Assembly (NCBI GenBank): GCA_050010755.1
Contig: JBEKKK010000001.1
Location: 992,001-1,056,000 of the forward strand
Reading direction: 5' to 3'
Origin: Candidatus Bathyarchaeia archaeon
GTDB lineage: Archaea > Thermoproteota > Bathyarchaeia > Bathyarchaeales > Bathycorpusculaceae
Length of the DNA: 64,000 bases
Shown: positions 37,651 to 48,112 of the stretch, piece after piece
How positions within the stretch are numbered: the stretch's first letter is position 1
Layout of the letters: every line of letters starts with the position of its first letter
The notes under the pieces: model-generated
Database searches by the model: none
What the model saw: only the letters and a program-made list of their open reading frames with translations
Told to the model about the DNA's origin: nothing
Position numbers and translations under genes: made by a program

Positions 37651-38835
37651 TTGTCGGCAACGAAACGCGTCTACCTAGATCACGCAGCGGGCCGACCCGT
37701 AGAACCGCTCGCCATAGAAGCGATGCTACCCTACTTGAAATCGTCGTGCGGAAACCCATCGTCCCTGCACGAGATCGGCCAACAAGCAAAGCGTGCAGTC
37801 GAAGAAGCAAGGTCGAAAATTGCTGCGATGATAAACGCGGAGAAAAAAGAATCGATAATCTTCACTTCAGGCGCGACTGAAAGCAACAACTTGGCCATCA
37901 AAGGCGTGGCCAACCGTAAGAAGGATCGAGGACTCCGAATTCTCACCTCCAGCGTCGAACACATGTCCGTGGTCAACCCATGCAAGTTCCTCACCACAAA
38001 AGGATTTGAGACAGTCTTCATTCCAGTTGACAAGTACGGCTTCTTGAATCTTGAAAGCCTCCAGAAAGAACTAACAGAAAAAACAGTCCTGGTTTCTGTA
38101 ATATACGCAAACGCAGAAATAGGAACAATCGAACCGATAAAAGAAATCAGCAAGATCGTGCACAGCAAGAACGCCTATCTACACGTTGACGCCACAGCCG
38201 CTTGTGGCCACTTCCCAATTGACGTAAAGAACGAAGGCATAGACCTGCTCACCATCTCTTCGAACGATTTGTACGGGCCTAGGGGCGTAGGGGCTCTCTA
38301 TTTGAAAGAAGGAGTGCGCATTGAACCACTGTTCCACGGCGGCGGCCAAGAGAAGGGTCTGAGATCCGGCACGGAGAACGTTGCAGCCATCGTGGGGTTT
38401 GGAAAGGCTGCAGAAATAGCTAAGAAGGAATTGCAAACCGAAAGCGCGCAGCTTACAAAACTCAGAGACAGGTTCATCGACGGTTTGCTCAAGCCGATTC
38501 CATACTCTTTCTTGAACGGGCACCCCACGACGCGTTTGCCCGACAACGTCTCCGTCAGATACAGTTTCATAGAAGGAGAATCCATGCTTCTCAGCCTAGA
38601 CCTGAAGGGCGTGTACGCGTCGTCAGGCTCAGCCTGCGCATCCAAGACGCTGGAACCGTCCCACGTGCTGTTGGCAATTGGATTAAAGCACGAGGAGGCT
38701 CACGGTTCCCTAATGTTTACTCTGGGCAGAAACAACACTGAAGAAGACGTTGACTACGCAGCAAGCTTAATGCCAGACATCGTAAACAGACTAAGAGGTA
38801 TGTCACCTCTGACTCCGAAGGAGCTGAAAACATAA
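37651..38835 (+). CDS. iscS: Cysteine desulfurase (IscS/NifS type)
   Basis: GNPSSLH, FTSGATESNN, RSGTENV, SSGSACAS; the usual SxHK PLP motif reads SSND here. Confidence 0.9.
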   Translation: MSATKRVYLDHAAGRPVEPLAIEAMLPYLKSSCGNPSSLHEIGQQAKRAVEEARSKIAAMINAEKKESIIFTSGATESNNLAIKGVANRKKDRGLRILTSSVEHMSVVNPCKFLTTKGFETVFIPVDKYGFLNLESLQKELTEKTVLVSVIYANAEIGTIEPIKEISKIVHSKNAYLHVDATAACGHFPIDVKNEGIDLLTISSNDLYGPRGVGALYLKEGVRIEPLFHGGGQEKGLRSGTENVAAIVGFGKAAEIAKKELQTESAQLTKLRDRFIDGLLKPIPYSFLNGHPTTRLPDNVSVRYSFIEGESMLLSLDLKGVYASSGSACASKTLEPSHVLLAIGLKHEEAHGSLMFTLGRNNTEEDVDYAASLMPDIVNRLRGMSPLTPKELKT

Positions 38836-39224
38836 TGTACACCGAAAAAGTCATGGAACACTTCAAAAACCCCCGAAACGTCGGGGAAATCCCAGACGCA
38901 GACGGCGTCGGCACTGTCGGAAATCCTGTCTGCGGAGACTTGATGACCATCTACATCAAAGTAAAAGACAACCGTCTCGTGGACATCAAATTCAAAACAT
39001 TCGGGTGTGGCTCAGCGATTGCGACCAGCAGCATGATCACCGAATTGGCCAAAGGAAAAACGTTGGAAGAAGGACTGAAAATCTCGCGGGCAAACGTGGC
39101 TGACGAGCTTGGCGGGCTTCCACCGGTTAAAATGCACTGTTCAAACCTCGCCGCGGACGCGTTGCACGCCGCTATCGAAGATTATTACAAGAAGCATGGA
39201 AAAGGTGGAGATGTTAAGAAATGA
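38835..39224 (+). CDS. iscU: Fe-S scaffold IscU/NifU
   Basis: HFKNPRNVG, NPVCGD, FGCGSAIA, LPPVKMHCS. Confidence 0.97.
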   Translation: MYTEKVMEHFKNPRNVGEIPDADGVGTVGNPVCGDLMTIYIKVKDNRLVDIKFKTFGCGSAIATSSMITELAKGKTLEEGLKISRANVADELGGLPPVKMHCSNLAADALHAAIEDYYKKHGKGGDVKK

Positions 39225-39376
39225 AGCCGGAATTTGTCCGATGCGAATTCTGCCAAGCAGAAGTGCCGCAGGAAGCATGCAAACTCGCAGCTCACCGCAC
39301 AGTCATTGACGGGAAAGAGTACATTTTCTGCTGCGCAAAATGCGCCCAAAAATACCAACAGAAAAAGAAAAAGTAG
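39221..39376 (+). CDS. Small TRASH/YHS-like metal-binding protein (not in ORF track)
   Basis: Manual translation MKPEFVRCEFCQAEVPQEACKLAAHRTVIDGKEYIFCCAKCAQKYQQKKKK; overlaps the iscU stop. Confidence 0.75.
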   Translation: MKPEFVRCEFCQAEVPQEACKLAAHRTVIDGKEYIFCCAKCAQKYQQKKKK

Positions 39377-39479
39377 GCCAGGCACTCAAAAAACTCCCGC
39401 TTTTTTTCCTTTTTGTCATGGTTCATTGCTGACGATGTTTATAAGACAAACAGAAAAAAGGCGTATTGGGTGATTAAGA

Positions 39480-39698
39480 ATGACATGTTGGAAATGGTTT
39501 GAGAGAATGTTAAAAGAAGCTGGAATAGAGGTCACCGACAAGAACAAAGACAAAATCGATAAGATCATCCATCACTATGTCGGCGAGCAATCGAGATACG
39601 GCCGCTGCTCAGCACAATGGCACAAAGCCCTAGAAGAGATTGAAAATGATGAAGCGTTGAAAAAGGAACTCATCGAGCAGCTCCGGACTCCGATGTAG
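39480..39698 (+). CDS. Small hypothetical protein
   Basis: GGTGA RBS; MTCW...GIEVT..NK..ID..IH...C...W. Confidence 0.7.
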   Translation: MTCWKWFERMLKEAGIEVTDKNKDKIDKIIHHYVGEQSRYGRCSAQWHKALEEIENDEALKKELIEQLRTPM

Positions 39699-39806
39699 CC
39701 TTCTCTCGGACGCGATTTGCCCTGAGAGACTTTCTGAAACGTTAAGCCGCACAGTAGGCTTTAAATGTCGTTTAGCACTTGTTTTTCGCGAATGTGAGGA
39801 ATAACC

Positions 39807-39968
39807 TTGGAAAAATGGGAATGTGCAGTTTGCGGCTACATTTACGATCCTGCAGTAGGAGACCCTGAACATGGCATAGAGGCTGGAAGGCCGTTCGAGG
39901 CTCTGCCGAACGACTGGGTTTGTCCGGTCTGCGGGGTTCCCAAGGACCAGTTTGTCAAGAAAGAATGA
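39807..39968 (+). CDS. Rubredoxin (not in ORF track)
   Basis: Manual translation [20 protein letters not shown]...[14 protein letters not shown]. Confidence 0.95.
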   Translation: MEKWECAVCGYIYDPAVGDPEHGIEAGRPFEALPNDWVCPVCGVPKDQFVKKE

Positions 39969-40059
39969 AAAACTCGGCTTTTTTGTTGCAGAATTGTTTC
40001 TTGCAAACTTTATATTCTTAGGGTTAGCAAGTTTGAGTTGAAGTTTGAGTTGATAAAGC

Positions 40060-42153
40060 ATGCCTATCTCAAAGATTTCCAAGAGGGACGGACGAATCGT
40101 TGATTTTGACTCGAGGAGGATCAGAGATGCGATATACAAGGCCTTCATCGCTGTGGAACTTGAAGATGGCGAGAAAGCTGAAGCCGTCTCGATAGAGGTT
40201 GTGAGCCTCTTAGAACAGAAGTTCGAGGGAAAGGTTCCCTCCGTAGAGGACGCGCAAGATGCCGTTGTGAAGGTTCTAAAGGAAAAAGGCTTCTCGAAAG
40301 TTGCTGAAAGCTACCAAGCCTACCGAGAGAAGAAGCAGGAAATCAGGAAGTTAAGACTAAAGCTGGCAATCGAAGAGCCCAAATTGACGGTGAACGCCCT
40401 TGAAGTCTTGAGACAGAGGTACCTTCTCAGGGACGAAGATGAAAAAATCGTAGAGTCTCCGGCTGAGCTGTTCAAGAGGGTGGCACAGGCTGTGGCGGCT
40501 GCAGAAAGTAACTACGGCGGGAATCCGAACGAAACTGAAAATGAATTCTACGGAATGATGTCGAGGCTTGAGTTCCTGCCAAACACTCCGACTCTCTTCA
40601 ACGCAGGGACACGGCTGGGTCAGCTGTCAGCTTGCTTTGTTCTGCCGGTTGAAGACTCGCTGGAGGGCATCTTCACGTCAGCAAAGAACATGGCATTGAT
40701 AGAGCAGAGCGGAGGAGGCGTCGGTTTTGACTTTTCTAGGCTCAGACCCAAGGGCGACATAGTCAAGTCAACAAAGGGAGTAGCGTCTGGACCCGTGAGT
40801 TTCATGCGAATCTTCGACACAGGAACGGAAATCATAAAGGCCGGCGGAAAACGCAGGGGCGCGATGATGGCAGTGCTGAGAGTCGACCACCCGGACATTA
40901 TCGAATTCATAGCATCCAAACAGCAGCCCGGGTTCTTGTCAAACTTTAACATTTCAGTCGCTGTCACCGATGACTTCATGAAGGCTGTCGAGGAAAACGG
41001 CGATTACTGGCTCGTCAACCCACGTAACAAGGAGAAGACGAAGAAGCTCAGGGCAAAAGAGGTTTGGGACTTGATGGCGAAATCGGCCTGGATGAGCGGC
41101 GACCCGGGAGTCATATTCATCGACGAAGTCAACCGGCAAAACCCTACTCCACAAGTTGGAAGAATAGAGTCCACGAACCCTTGCGGCGAGCAGCCGCTGC
41201 TTCCCTACGAGTCCTGCAACTTGGGTTCCGTCAACTTGTCCCACATGATCGTGGAAGGAAAGATAGACTGGGAGAAGCTCAGGGATACTGTTAGGAAAGC
41301 GGTGGTTTTTCTTGACAACGTGATTGACGCGAACCGCTACCCGTTGAAGGAAATCGAGAATATTACACATGCAAATAGAAAGATAGGTCTGGGCGTGATG
41401 GGTTTCGCGGACATGCTTGTCAAGCTTGGGATTCCTTACGATTCCGAACAGGCCTTGAAGATGGGCGACGATATCATGAAGTTCATCGAGGAAGAGGGGC
41501 ACAAACGGTCCGAGGAGCTGGGCCAACAGAGAGGATCTTTCAGAAACTTCGAGGGCAGCATCTGGCGAGACAAGCATTCAGCACTCAGAAACTCCACAGT
41601 CACAACCATCGCCCCCACAGGAACCATAAGCATAATAGCAGGATGCTCCTCAGGCATCGAACCGATTTTCGCAATCTCATTCATAAGAAACGTGCTGAAC
41701 GGGACAAGACTGTTTGAAACCAATCCCCTGTTCGAGACGATGGCCAAAGAAAAAGGTTTCTACAGCGCAAAATTGCTCGAAGAGATAGCACAGACAGGCT
41801 CAGTTCAAAAGATTGCGGGAGTGCCCGAGGACGTGAAGAGGCTCTTTCGCACGGCACTAGACATACTGCCTGAATGGCACGTAAGAATGCAGGCCGCGTT
41901 TCAGAAATACACCGACAACGCCGTGTCGAAGACAGTTAACCTGCCCTCAGAAGCAACGGTTGAAGACGTTAGGAAAATCTACGAGTTGGCTTGGAAGCTG
42001 AAATGCAAGGGAGTTACCGTCTTCAGGTACGGCAGCAAGCCCGAACAAGTACTCTACATCGGAGAGATAAAGACGGACAAGGGCAAGTTTCTGTCTTTGG
42101 AGCCGGAATATTCAGGAGGATGTCCGACTAAGAACTGCCCATTCCCAAGCTGA
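40060..42153 (+). CDS. nrdJ: Class II (B12-dependent) ribonucleotide reductase with ATP cone
   Basis: KRDGRIVDFD cone, LSACFV, TNPCGEQ, CNLGS, TIAPTGT; no beta-subunit gene nearby. Confidence 0.95.
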   Translation: MPISKISKRDGRIVDFDSRRIRDAIYKAFIAVELEDGEKAEAVSIEVVSLLEQKFEGKVPSVEDAQDAVVKVLKEKGFSKVAESYQAYREKKQEIRKLRLKLAIEEPKLTVNALEVLRQRYLLRDEDEKIVESPAELFKRVAQAVAAAESNYGGNPNETENEFYGMMSRLEFLPNTPTLFNAGTRLGQLSACFVLPVEDSLEGIFTSAKNMALIEQSGGGVGFDFSRLRPKGDIVKSTKGVASGPVSFMRIFDTGTEIIKAGGKRRGAMMAVLRVDHPDIIEFIASKQQPGFLSNFNISVAVTDDFMKAVEENGDYWLVNPRNKEKTKKLRAKEVWDLMAKSAWMSGDPGVIFIDEVNRQNPTPQVGRIESTNPCGEQPLLPYESCNLGSVNLSHMIVEGKIDWEKLRDTVRKAVVFLDNVIDANRYPLKEIENITHANRKIGLGVMGFADMLVKLGIPYDSEQALKMGDDIMKFIEEEGHKRSEELGQQRGSFRNFEGSIWRDKHSALRNSTVTTIAPTGTISIIAGCSSGIEPIFAISFIRNVLNGTRLFETNPLFETMAKEKGFYSAKLLEEIAQTGSVQKIAGVPEDVKRLFRTALDILPEWHVRMQAAFQKYTDNAVSKTVNLPSEATVEDVRKIYELAWKLKCKGVTVFRYGSKPEQVLYIGEIKTDKGKFLSLEPEYSGGCPTKNCPFPS

Positions 42154-42201
42154 CCCTCCAGCCTGAAGTCGCATGCTAAATCAGCATGAACGATCCAACG
42201 T

Positions 42202-42468
42202 TTGGGTGAAAGGATGGTCAGGAAGACCAGACGCACGCACATCGGCGAAAACCAAAGGAAGATTTTGGACATATTGACTAAATATCAAGAGTTAACAGCG
42301 AAGGACATAGCAGAGATTCTGTGGGCGAGAGACATAAACTACAAGACGCCAGAGTACACTTCAACTCATCGCAGCCTTGCAGCCCTCTGCGAAAAAGGTC
42401 TCGTCGAGAAAGTCGGAGGCCAACTGAAGTGGCGGAAAGCTAAACATGAGTCAAGAAAGCCGGGCTAA
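42202..42468 (+). CDS. Winged-HTH protein
   Basis: QRKILDIL...LTAKDIAE...SLAALCEKGLVEK. Confidence 0.7.
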   Translation: MGERMVRKTRRTHIGENQRKILDILTKYQELTAKDIAEILWARDINYKTPEYTSTHRSLAALCEKGLVEKVGGQLKWRKAKHESRKPG

Positions 42469-42759
42469 GCCAAAGCCGCAATTTCTCACCTACGGCAGCG
42501 TACGACGTGCAGACTTCTCCAATTGTGCACAATGCTCAAAGGTACTGATTTATCAGAACCCATTCAACGAAAAACGTAGTGAATCAATCAGGCAAATTAT
42601 CAAGATATTATCCTCCAACTATTGCGGCGTAATTGTTTGGGCTGGTAAAGTTGACCTCTGGGAAGTGTCAATTTTTGTAAATGAAATTGGGGGTCGTATG
42701 GTGTTATGATAAGAAGGGCGATCACGTGCAAAGAAAGGCTTTCTTGTTTCTCATTTTAG

Positions 42760-43659
42760 TCACGGTCTATAATTTTCGAATGCGAATTCAACTTCTACGT
42801 CGCCACCGAAGTCCACATGGGCCCTCAAAACCTGGCCCTGCTGTGTCTTCACAGGCACAACTGTTAATGGAAAATGCACGTAAAAAGTGTACCCTGTTTC
42901 GTTATTAAACGTGCAATAGTGGTAGGGGCTCGGACGTGGCAGGTTCTTCACAGCGCCCGTTAAGAACCACCCATACCCCAACTGTGTTTCATACCCACTG
43001 AAAGTAGTGTTATCAGCAAAAAGAGCGTATCCTTGATCGCCCAGGTGAAAACCGTCGAATTCCTCGTCGAAGATTATCCCCAAGTCAATACTTGGATAGA
43101 AGGTTGTGTCGTTTATTTCTGCTGTTATTAGCAGTGAATCGTTAGTGAAGGCGAATTGAAGCTTCATGTTGAGGGTTCCATTTACCAAGACCTGGGCATT
43201 TTTGCTCCAATTGAATGAGTAGTCATACGTGGGCTCTGTGGCGGAGACTCTGCTGAGCGTTAATGTGAGTTCGAGCTGTGCTGGCGGCGCGTCTGACGCT
43301 ACGTTGATGCTGGCAGTGAGGTTGTTGAGGCCTGGGAGGACGGTGTATGTTGTATTGGAGAAGGTAACGTACGAATTTTGGTAGACGGTATCGTTCAGCG
43401 TAAAAGTGAGGGCGACAAGATAGTTCACGGTGGCGGCGTCGTTCACCGTGATGTTGAAAGCCTGCGTCATGTTTGGATAAAGCTCAAGAAGATTAGGAGA
43501 AGCGACGACGCTCAGAGGCTCCCCAACATTCACGGCTACATTGAAGGTGCCAAAAATATAAGCAGCAACACCTCCGACAACCAAACAAACTGACAGAGTT
43601 ACTAAGGCCCATATGGGAACGCCTCTCACTTTCCTGAAAAAATCTACCACGAACCCCAT
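42760..43659 (-). CDS. Secreted or membrane-anchored beta-sandwich hypothetical protein
   Basis: N-terminal TM helix, multiple N-x-S/T sequons; start uncertain. Confidence 0.7.
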   Translation of the reverse strand: MGFVVDFFRKVRGVPIWALVTLSVCLVVGGVAAYIFGTFNVAVNVGEPLSVVASPNLLELYPNMTQAFNITVNDAATVNYLVALTFTLNDTVYQNSYVTFSNTTYTVLPGLNNLTASINVASDAPPAQLELTLTLSRVSATEPTYDYSFNWSKNAQVLVNGTLNMKLQFAFTNDSLLITAEINDTTFYPSIDLGIIFDEEFDGFHLGDQGYALFADNTTFSGYETQLGYGWFLTGAVKNLPRPSPYHYCTFNNETGYTFYVHFPLTVVPVKTQQGQVLRAHVDFGGDVEVEFAFENYRP

Positions 43660-44027
43660 CCCCAAGAATATTATTCTATCATCAAACATATAGGGTTGTT
43701 GCAAGTTCGAAAAGCCAAAGAAATTGGAAGTCAAAACCATCCTGATCCGAGGGCGCTAAGCGTTTAGTTATTGAAGAAACGTTAGAGTTACTTGTTGATG
43801 TGTCGCCTCATTGCTTGAAGCATGTTGAAGCTTGGCCAAGATTAAGGCAGAAGTTCGTTTCTGCCGTCTTTTGGAGTTTGGGACGTAACTAAAAGGCCAA
43901 GGGAAAGGGCGAACGTTTTGCCTCAGATCTCGAGTCAAGCAAATGCAGCACAAACTCCTGACGAAGTCGATTTCATAAATTGACTTCTCAGGACAGTTGC
44001 GGCAACGTTCAATGACGTGTACGGTCG

Positions 44028-44444
44028 CTACTGTCTTTCTATCCTTAGCGTGTAGGTGATTTTGACTCCGGCCTTTTCAAAGAGCTTGCCAACAGGGCAA
44101 CCTTTCACTGTTAACTCGTGCAGTCTGTGCACCCTGTCTTCTGCCAAATCCGTCTTTGTCGTAATATCGAATTTTGTCTCTGTAACAGTTCCTGCTTGTT
44201 CAGACTTGACCGCTTCCACCTTTATCTCCAAGTCCTTTATGGTCGCTCGCATCTTGCTTGCCGTCAACATGAATATCGTTGCGTAGCATCCAGCGAAGCT
44301 CATTAATGCAAGCTCGAGCGCTGAGGGACCCATGTTGGTTCCGCCGCTCTCCTCTTCAAGATCAAGGCAAACAGCATGACCTCTGTCGTCGTCAACATCT
44401 ATCCTATAGTTCTTGACCAGCTTTGCGTTTGCATAAAACTTCAT
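44028..44444 (-). CDS. OsmC-family protein
   Basis: GG...GPSALEL...AGC...CPV. Confidence 0.9.
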   Translation of the reverse strand: MKFYANAKLVKNYRIDVDDDRGHAVCLDLEEESGGTNMGPSALELALMSFAGCYATIFMLTASKMRATIKDLEIKVEAVKSEQAGTVTETKFDITTKTDLAEDRVHRLHELTVKGCPVGKLFEKAGVKITYTLRIERQ

Positions 44445-44674
44445 TGAAATCTGTCACCTCCTACCCAAGTTGCTTACTGAAGAACTGGTTCTGTGAATTT
44501 CAACTTTTTGCATAAGAATCGTGTTGGGCAACACCATCCTCATTCCTTCTTTCCTTTTTCATCTCTTTTGGAGAAAAGACTCTTATTTTGGTAGTGTTTT
44601 CATCTTTTGCGTACCAGCAAGTGCGAAAAAACGCGTCGAGAGTGCTGAAAAGAATTCGAGATTGGTGGAATGTG

Positions 44675-45319
44675 ATGAGTTTGATACCTGAAGATCAGAG
44701 GGAACGGGTCCGAAGCGAGCTTGCAGAGAGGTTAACGAGTCCTGTTCGAGTTATCATGTTCACACAGGCGATGGAATGCAAGTTCTGCGCGGACACAAAA
44801 CAACTGATTTATGAACTGGCAGAATTGAACGATAAGATTCAGGCTGAAATCCACGACTTTGTTGCTGACACTGAATTAGCCCGAGAATACGGCGTTGATA
44901 AGATCCCAGCAATAGTCGTCAGAAGCGAAAAAGACTATGGCATAAGATTCTACGGGTTCCCGTACGGCTACGAGTTCCAAACATTGATGGAGGCACTGGA
45001 CTCAGCTTCAAGAGGCCAAACCAACCTCTCGGAACAAACAAAACAGAAACTTCGAGAAATCAAGACTCCAACAGTCATCAAAGTCTTCACGACCCTGACC
45101 TGTCCGCACTGTCCCACCGCCGCAGCCATGGCCCACAAATTCGCCATCGAGAACAGCCTTATAAGGGCTGAAGCAATCGACGCCAACGAGTTTCCAGATC
45201 TGGCAATCAAATACGGAGTTATGGGTGTTCCCAAGGTAGTGATAAACGAAAAAGTCGAATTCGTGGGAGCGCTTCCCGAAGATGCATTTCTGGAGCAAGT
45301 ATTGAAGGCCACTCAGTGA
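44675..45319 (+). CDS. Protein disulfide oxidoreductase (two thioredoxin folds)
   Basis: CKFC and CPHC, GFPYGYEF, VMGVP. Confidence 0.93.
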   Translation: MSLIPEDQRERVRSELAERLTSPVRVIMFTQAMECKFCADTKQLIYELAELNDKIQAEIHDFVADTELAREYGVDKIPAIVVRSEKDYGIRFYGFPYGYEFQTLMEALDSASRGQTNLSEQTKQKLREIKTPTVIKVFTTLTCPHCPTAAAMAHKFAIENSLIRAEAIDANEFPDLAIKYGVMGVPKVVINEKVEFVGALPEDAFLEQVLKATQ

Positions 45320-45350
45320 GCAAGATGAACCCTGACTGCATAGTTGACGT

Positions 45351-47510
45351 GTGATGAAAGAACGAGAAGTCGTCCTTCAGATTCTCGGAATGAGTTGTCC
45401 GTCCTGTTCGGAGGGAATTCAGACTGGTCTGGCCAGGCTGGAAGGGGTTATAGACGCTAAAGTGAATTTCGCCTCAAAAGAAGCCATCGTCAAGTTTGAC
45501 GAAGACACGATAAGCCTAGACAAGATCAAGGCTTCGATAAAGAGAGGCGGTTACGAAGCCGCCGAGCAGCTGGAGGACACAACTGAAAAACGCCGCAAAC
45601 AAGTCCGTAACAGCATGCTACTTTTTTTCTTGGGCCTTGCCCTCACAATTCCGATCTTGTTGATTTCTTATCTTTTCTCTTTTTCCGATAAAAACTATGT
45701 CCTGTTAGCCCTCGCGACTCCTGTCCAATTCATAGTGGGTTGGCACTTCTACAGAGGCGCGTACAACTCGATAAGAAACAGGTACGCCGACATGAACGTT
45801 CTAGTGGCTCTAAGCGCCACGGCCGCCTTCGTCTACTCGGTTTACTCGACCTTCACTTCGCAAGGCGCGGTTTTCTACGATGCCTCAGCGGTGGTAATAA
45901 CGACAATAACCTTGGGCATGCTGCTGGAAGAGATGGCAGTGGAACGGACGGGTGCAACAATAAAGAAGCTCATGGCACTGCAGCCCAAGACTGCAACCGT
46001 CGTCCGTGAGGGCCAAGAAAAGGAGGTTTCAGTTGATGAAGTTCAGGTCGGCGACACTGTTGTCGTCAGGCCTGGAGAAAGAGTTCCTGTTGATGGCGCG
46101 GTCGTCGAGGGCCGCACGTTCATAGATGAGTCAATGATCACTGGCGAATCTGTTCCAGTTGAAAAGAGCGTCGGGGATACGGTTTTCAGCGGAACGATAA
46201 ACAAGACTGGCACTTTGAAGTTCACGGCAGAAAAGGTGGGCCTTGAAACTACCTTGGCACAAATAGTGAGGCTGGCTCGAGAAGTTCAGGCGAGCAAAGC
46301 GCCAATCCAGAGAATCGCAGACAGGGTCGTGAACGTATTCGTCCCAGTTGTGGTGGTTGTTGCCGCATCAGTTTTTGTCACATGGCATTTGTTCATGAAT
46401 GACTCTTTGGCTTTGACGACCATGGTCTCTGTCCTCGCAATCTCTTGTCCCTGCGCATTGGGAATAGCGACGCCGGTAGCGATCATGATTGGAGTGGGCA
46501 ACGGCGCAGAAAACGGGATACTCATCAAGAATAGCGCCATCCTGGAAATAGTGGGAAAGCTCGATACTGTAGTTTTTGACAAGACTGGCACGTTGACGAA
46601 AGGCAAGCTGGAAGTCACCGACGTAGTCGGCGAAAACAGAAACTCCGTCTTGCAGGTTGCGGCCGCCGCGGAAAAATGGTCTGAACATCCGATAGGCCAA
46701 GCTATCGTCAGGAAAGCTGAACGTGAAAGAATCAGGTTCGGTGAGCCAGAATCTTTCGAGGCCTTACCCGGCTTCGGCGTGGCCGTCGAGGCCGAGGGCA
46801 AGAAGATCCTGATAGGAAACCGCGCCCTGATGAAGAACAACGGTGTCTCCTTCGAACGCTTCGAAAGCGACATTCAAAGGTTGGAAAGCGAGGGAAAAAC
46901 CGTTCTCAACGTCGCCGTAACCAACGAGCTCGTGGGCTTAGTAGCCGTTTCCGACACTCTCAACGAGCACTCGAAAGAGGCTGTGCAGTCTCTACACGAG
47001 AAGGGTTTGAGAGTTGTCATGCTCAGTGGCGACACCATGAGAACGGCGGAGGCCATAGCAAGACAACTGGGAATAACTGAAGTGCTAGCAGAAGTTGTAC
47101 CGGCCCAGAAGGTCGAGGAAATAAAGAAACTTCAAAGCCAAGGACGCTTCGTCGCCATGGTTGGAGACGGAATAAATGACGCCCCGGCAATAACACAGGC
47201 TAACGTGGGAATAGCGATTGGAAGCGGAACAGACATAGCAATTGAGGCCGGAGACATAGTGCTAATCAAGGACGACCCCCGAGATGTGGCGACCAGCATC
47301 GACCTCAGCAAAAAGACACTACGCAAGATCAAACAGAACCTGTTCTGGGCCTTCTTCTACAACGCGATAATGATCCCATTGGCCGCAGGCCTGCTCTACT
47401 TGCCGCTTGGCATCCTAATTCCGCCCGAGGCAGCGGCGACTTCAATGATACTCAGTGACCTCACAGTCGTTGGAAACTCAATGCTCCTGAGAAGATGGAA
47501 ACCCGAGTGA
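45351..47510 (+). CDS. copA: Copper-translocating P1B ATPase
   Basis: GMSCPSC, TGES, CPCALG, DKTGT, SEHP, GDGINDAP, YN. Confidence 0.95.
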   Translation: MMKEREVVLQILGMSCPSCSEGIQTGLARLEGVIDAKVNFASKEAIVKFDEDTISLDKIKASIKRGGYEAAEQLEDTTEKRRKQVRNSMLLFFLGLALTIPILLISYLFSFSDKNYVLLALATPVQFIVGWHFYRGAYNSIRNRYADMNVLVALSATAAFVYSVYSTFTSQGAVFYDASAVVITTITLGMLLEEMAVERTGATIKKLMALQPKTATVVREGQEKEVSVDEVQVGDTVVVRPGERVPVDGAVVEGRTFIDESMITGESVPVEKSVGDTVFSGTINKTGTLKFTAEKVGLETTLAQIVRLAREVQASKAPIQRIADRVVNVFVPVVVVVAASVFVTWHLFMNDSLALTTMVSVLAISCPCALGIATPVAIMIGVGNGAENGILIKNSAILEIVGKLDTVVFDKTGTLTKGKLEVTDVVGENRNSVLQVAAAAEKWSEHPIGQAIVRKAERERIRFGEPESFEALPGFGVAVEAEGKKILIGNRALMKNNGVSFERFESDIQRLESEGKTVLNVAVTNELVGLVAVSDTLNEHSKEAVQSLHEKGLRVVMLSGDTMRTAEAIARQLGITEVLAEVVPAQKVEEIKKLQSQGRFVAMVGDGINDAPAITQANVGIAIGSGTDIAIEAGDIVLIKDDPRDVATSIDLSKKTLRKIKQNLFWAFFYNAIMIPLAAGLLYLPLGILIPPEAAATSMILSDLTVVGNSMLLRRWKPE

Positions 47511-47546
47511 AAGACGTACGGTCGAATGCAACTGTCTCTTTTCGAC

Positions 47547-47732
47547 CTAGGCATGCATAGCGTCGCTGGAAGGCTGCACTTGGCCGCTTGCATATTTGGC
47601 TGGATTCTTGTCAAAAGTCGTCTTGCACATCTGGCTGCAGAAATAGTATGTTTTTCCTCTGTATTCCGTCTTGTGCTTGCCAGTCTTCTCGTTCACTTCC
47701 ATTCCGCAAATCGGATCTTTCGCCAATTTCAA
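47547..47732 (-). CDS. YHS/TRASH metal chaperone
   Basis: KDPICGM...YRGKTYYFCS..C...F..NP. Confidence 0.9.
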   Translation of the reverse strand: MKLAKDPICGMEVNEKTGKHKTEYRGKTYYFCSQMCKTTFDKNPAKYASGQVQPSSDAMHA

Positions 47733-47899
47733 CCTCCTCCAGAATCACACTTCAAATTCTTGTTGGTCAAGCAGGTATGTAAACATATCTTGTTAGGACG
47801 GGGTAACACGCACTGATTTGGAGTGGCAAAAGTTCTAAATATCTGCACGTAGACGCAGCTTTAAGGTCGAGGATTGACACGAAGTTCAAGGCGTTTATC

Positions 47900-48112
47900 A
47901 TGATGAATGTGAACCTAGGTTGTGAAACTGAGGTCTTGAAAGCCCTGAAGAAGGTTCAAGGTTTTGACGACGCCTTCTATGTTCTCGGAGATTACGACAT
48001 AATAGCAAACGTGAGCGCGAATACGCTTGATGAGCTCAACCTGATTGTGTCTCATGTTAGGAAAATCGGAAACGTCAGGTCAACAACGACAATGATTACA
48101 CTGGATTTATAG
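47900..48112 (+). CDS. Stand-alone Lrp/AsnC ligand-binding domain protein (start may lie slightly upstream)
   Basis: V.G.YDIIA.V...IGNVRSTTTMI. Confidence 0.8.
   Translation: MMNVNLGCETEVLKALKKVQGFDDAFYVLGDYDIIANVSANTLDELNLIVSHVRKIGNVRSTTTMITLDL

Noticed and set aside
40060-42153. Intein in the ribonucleotide reductase or terminase
   Set aside because: Lengths are normal and no intein splice motifs or LAGLIDADG blocks are visible.
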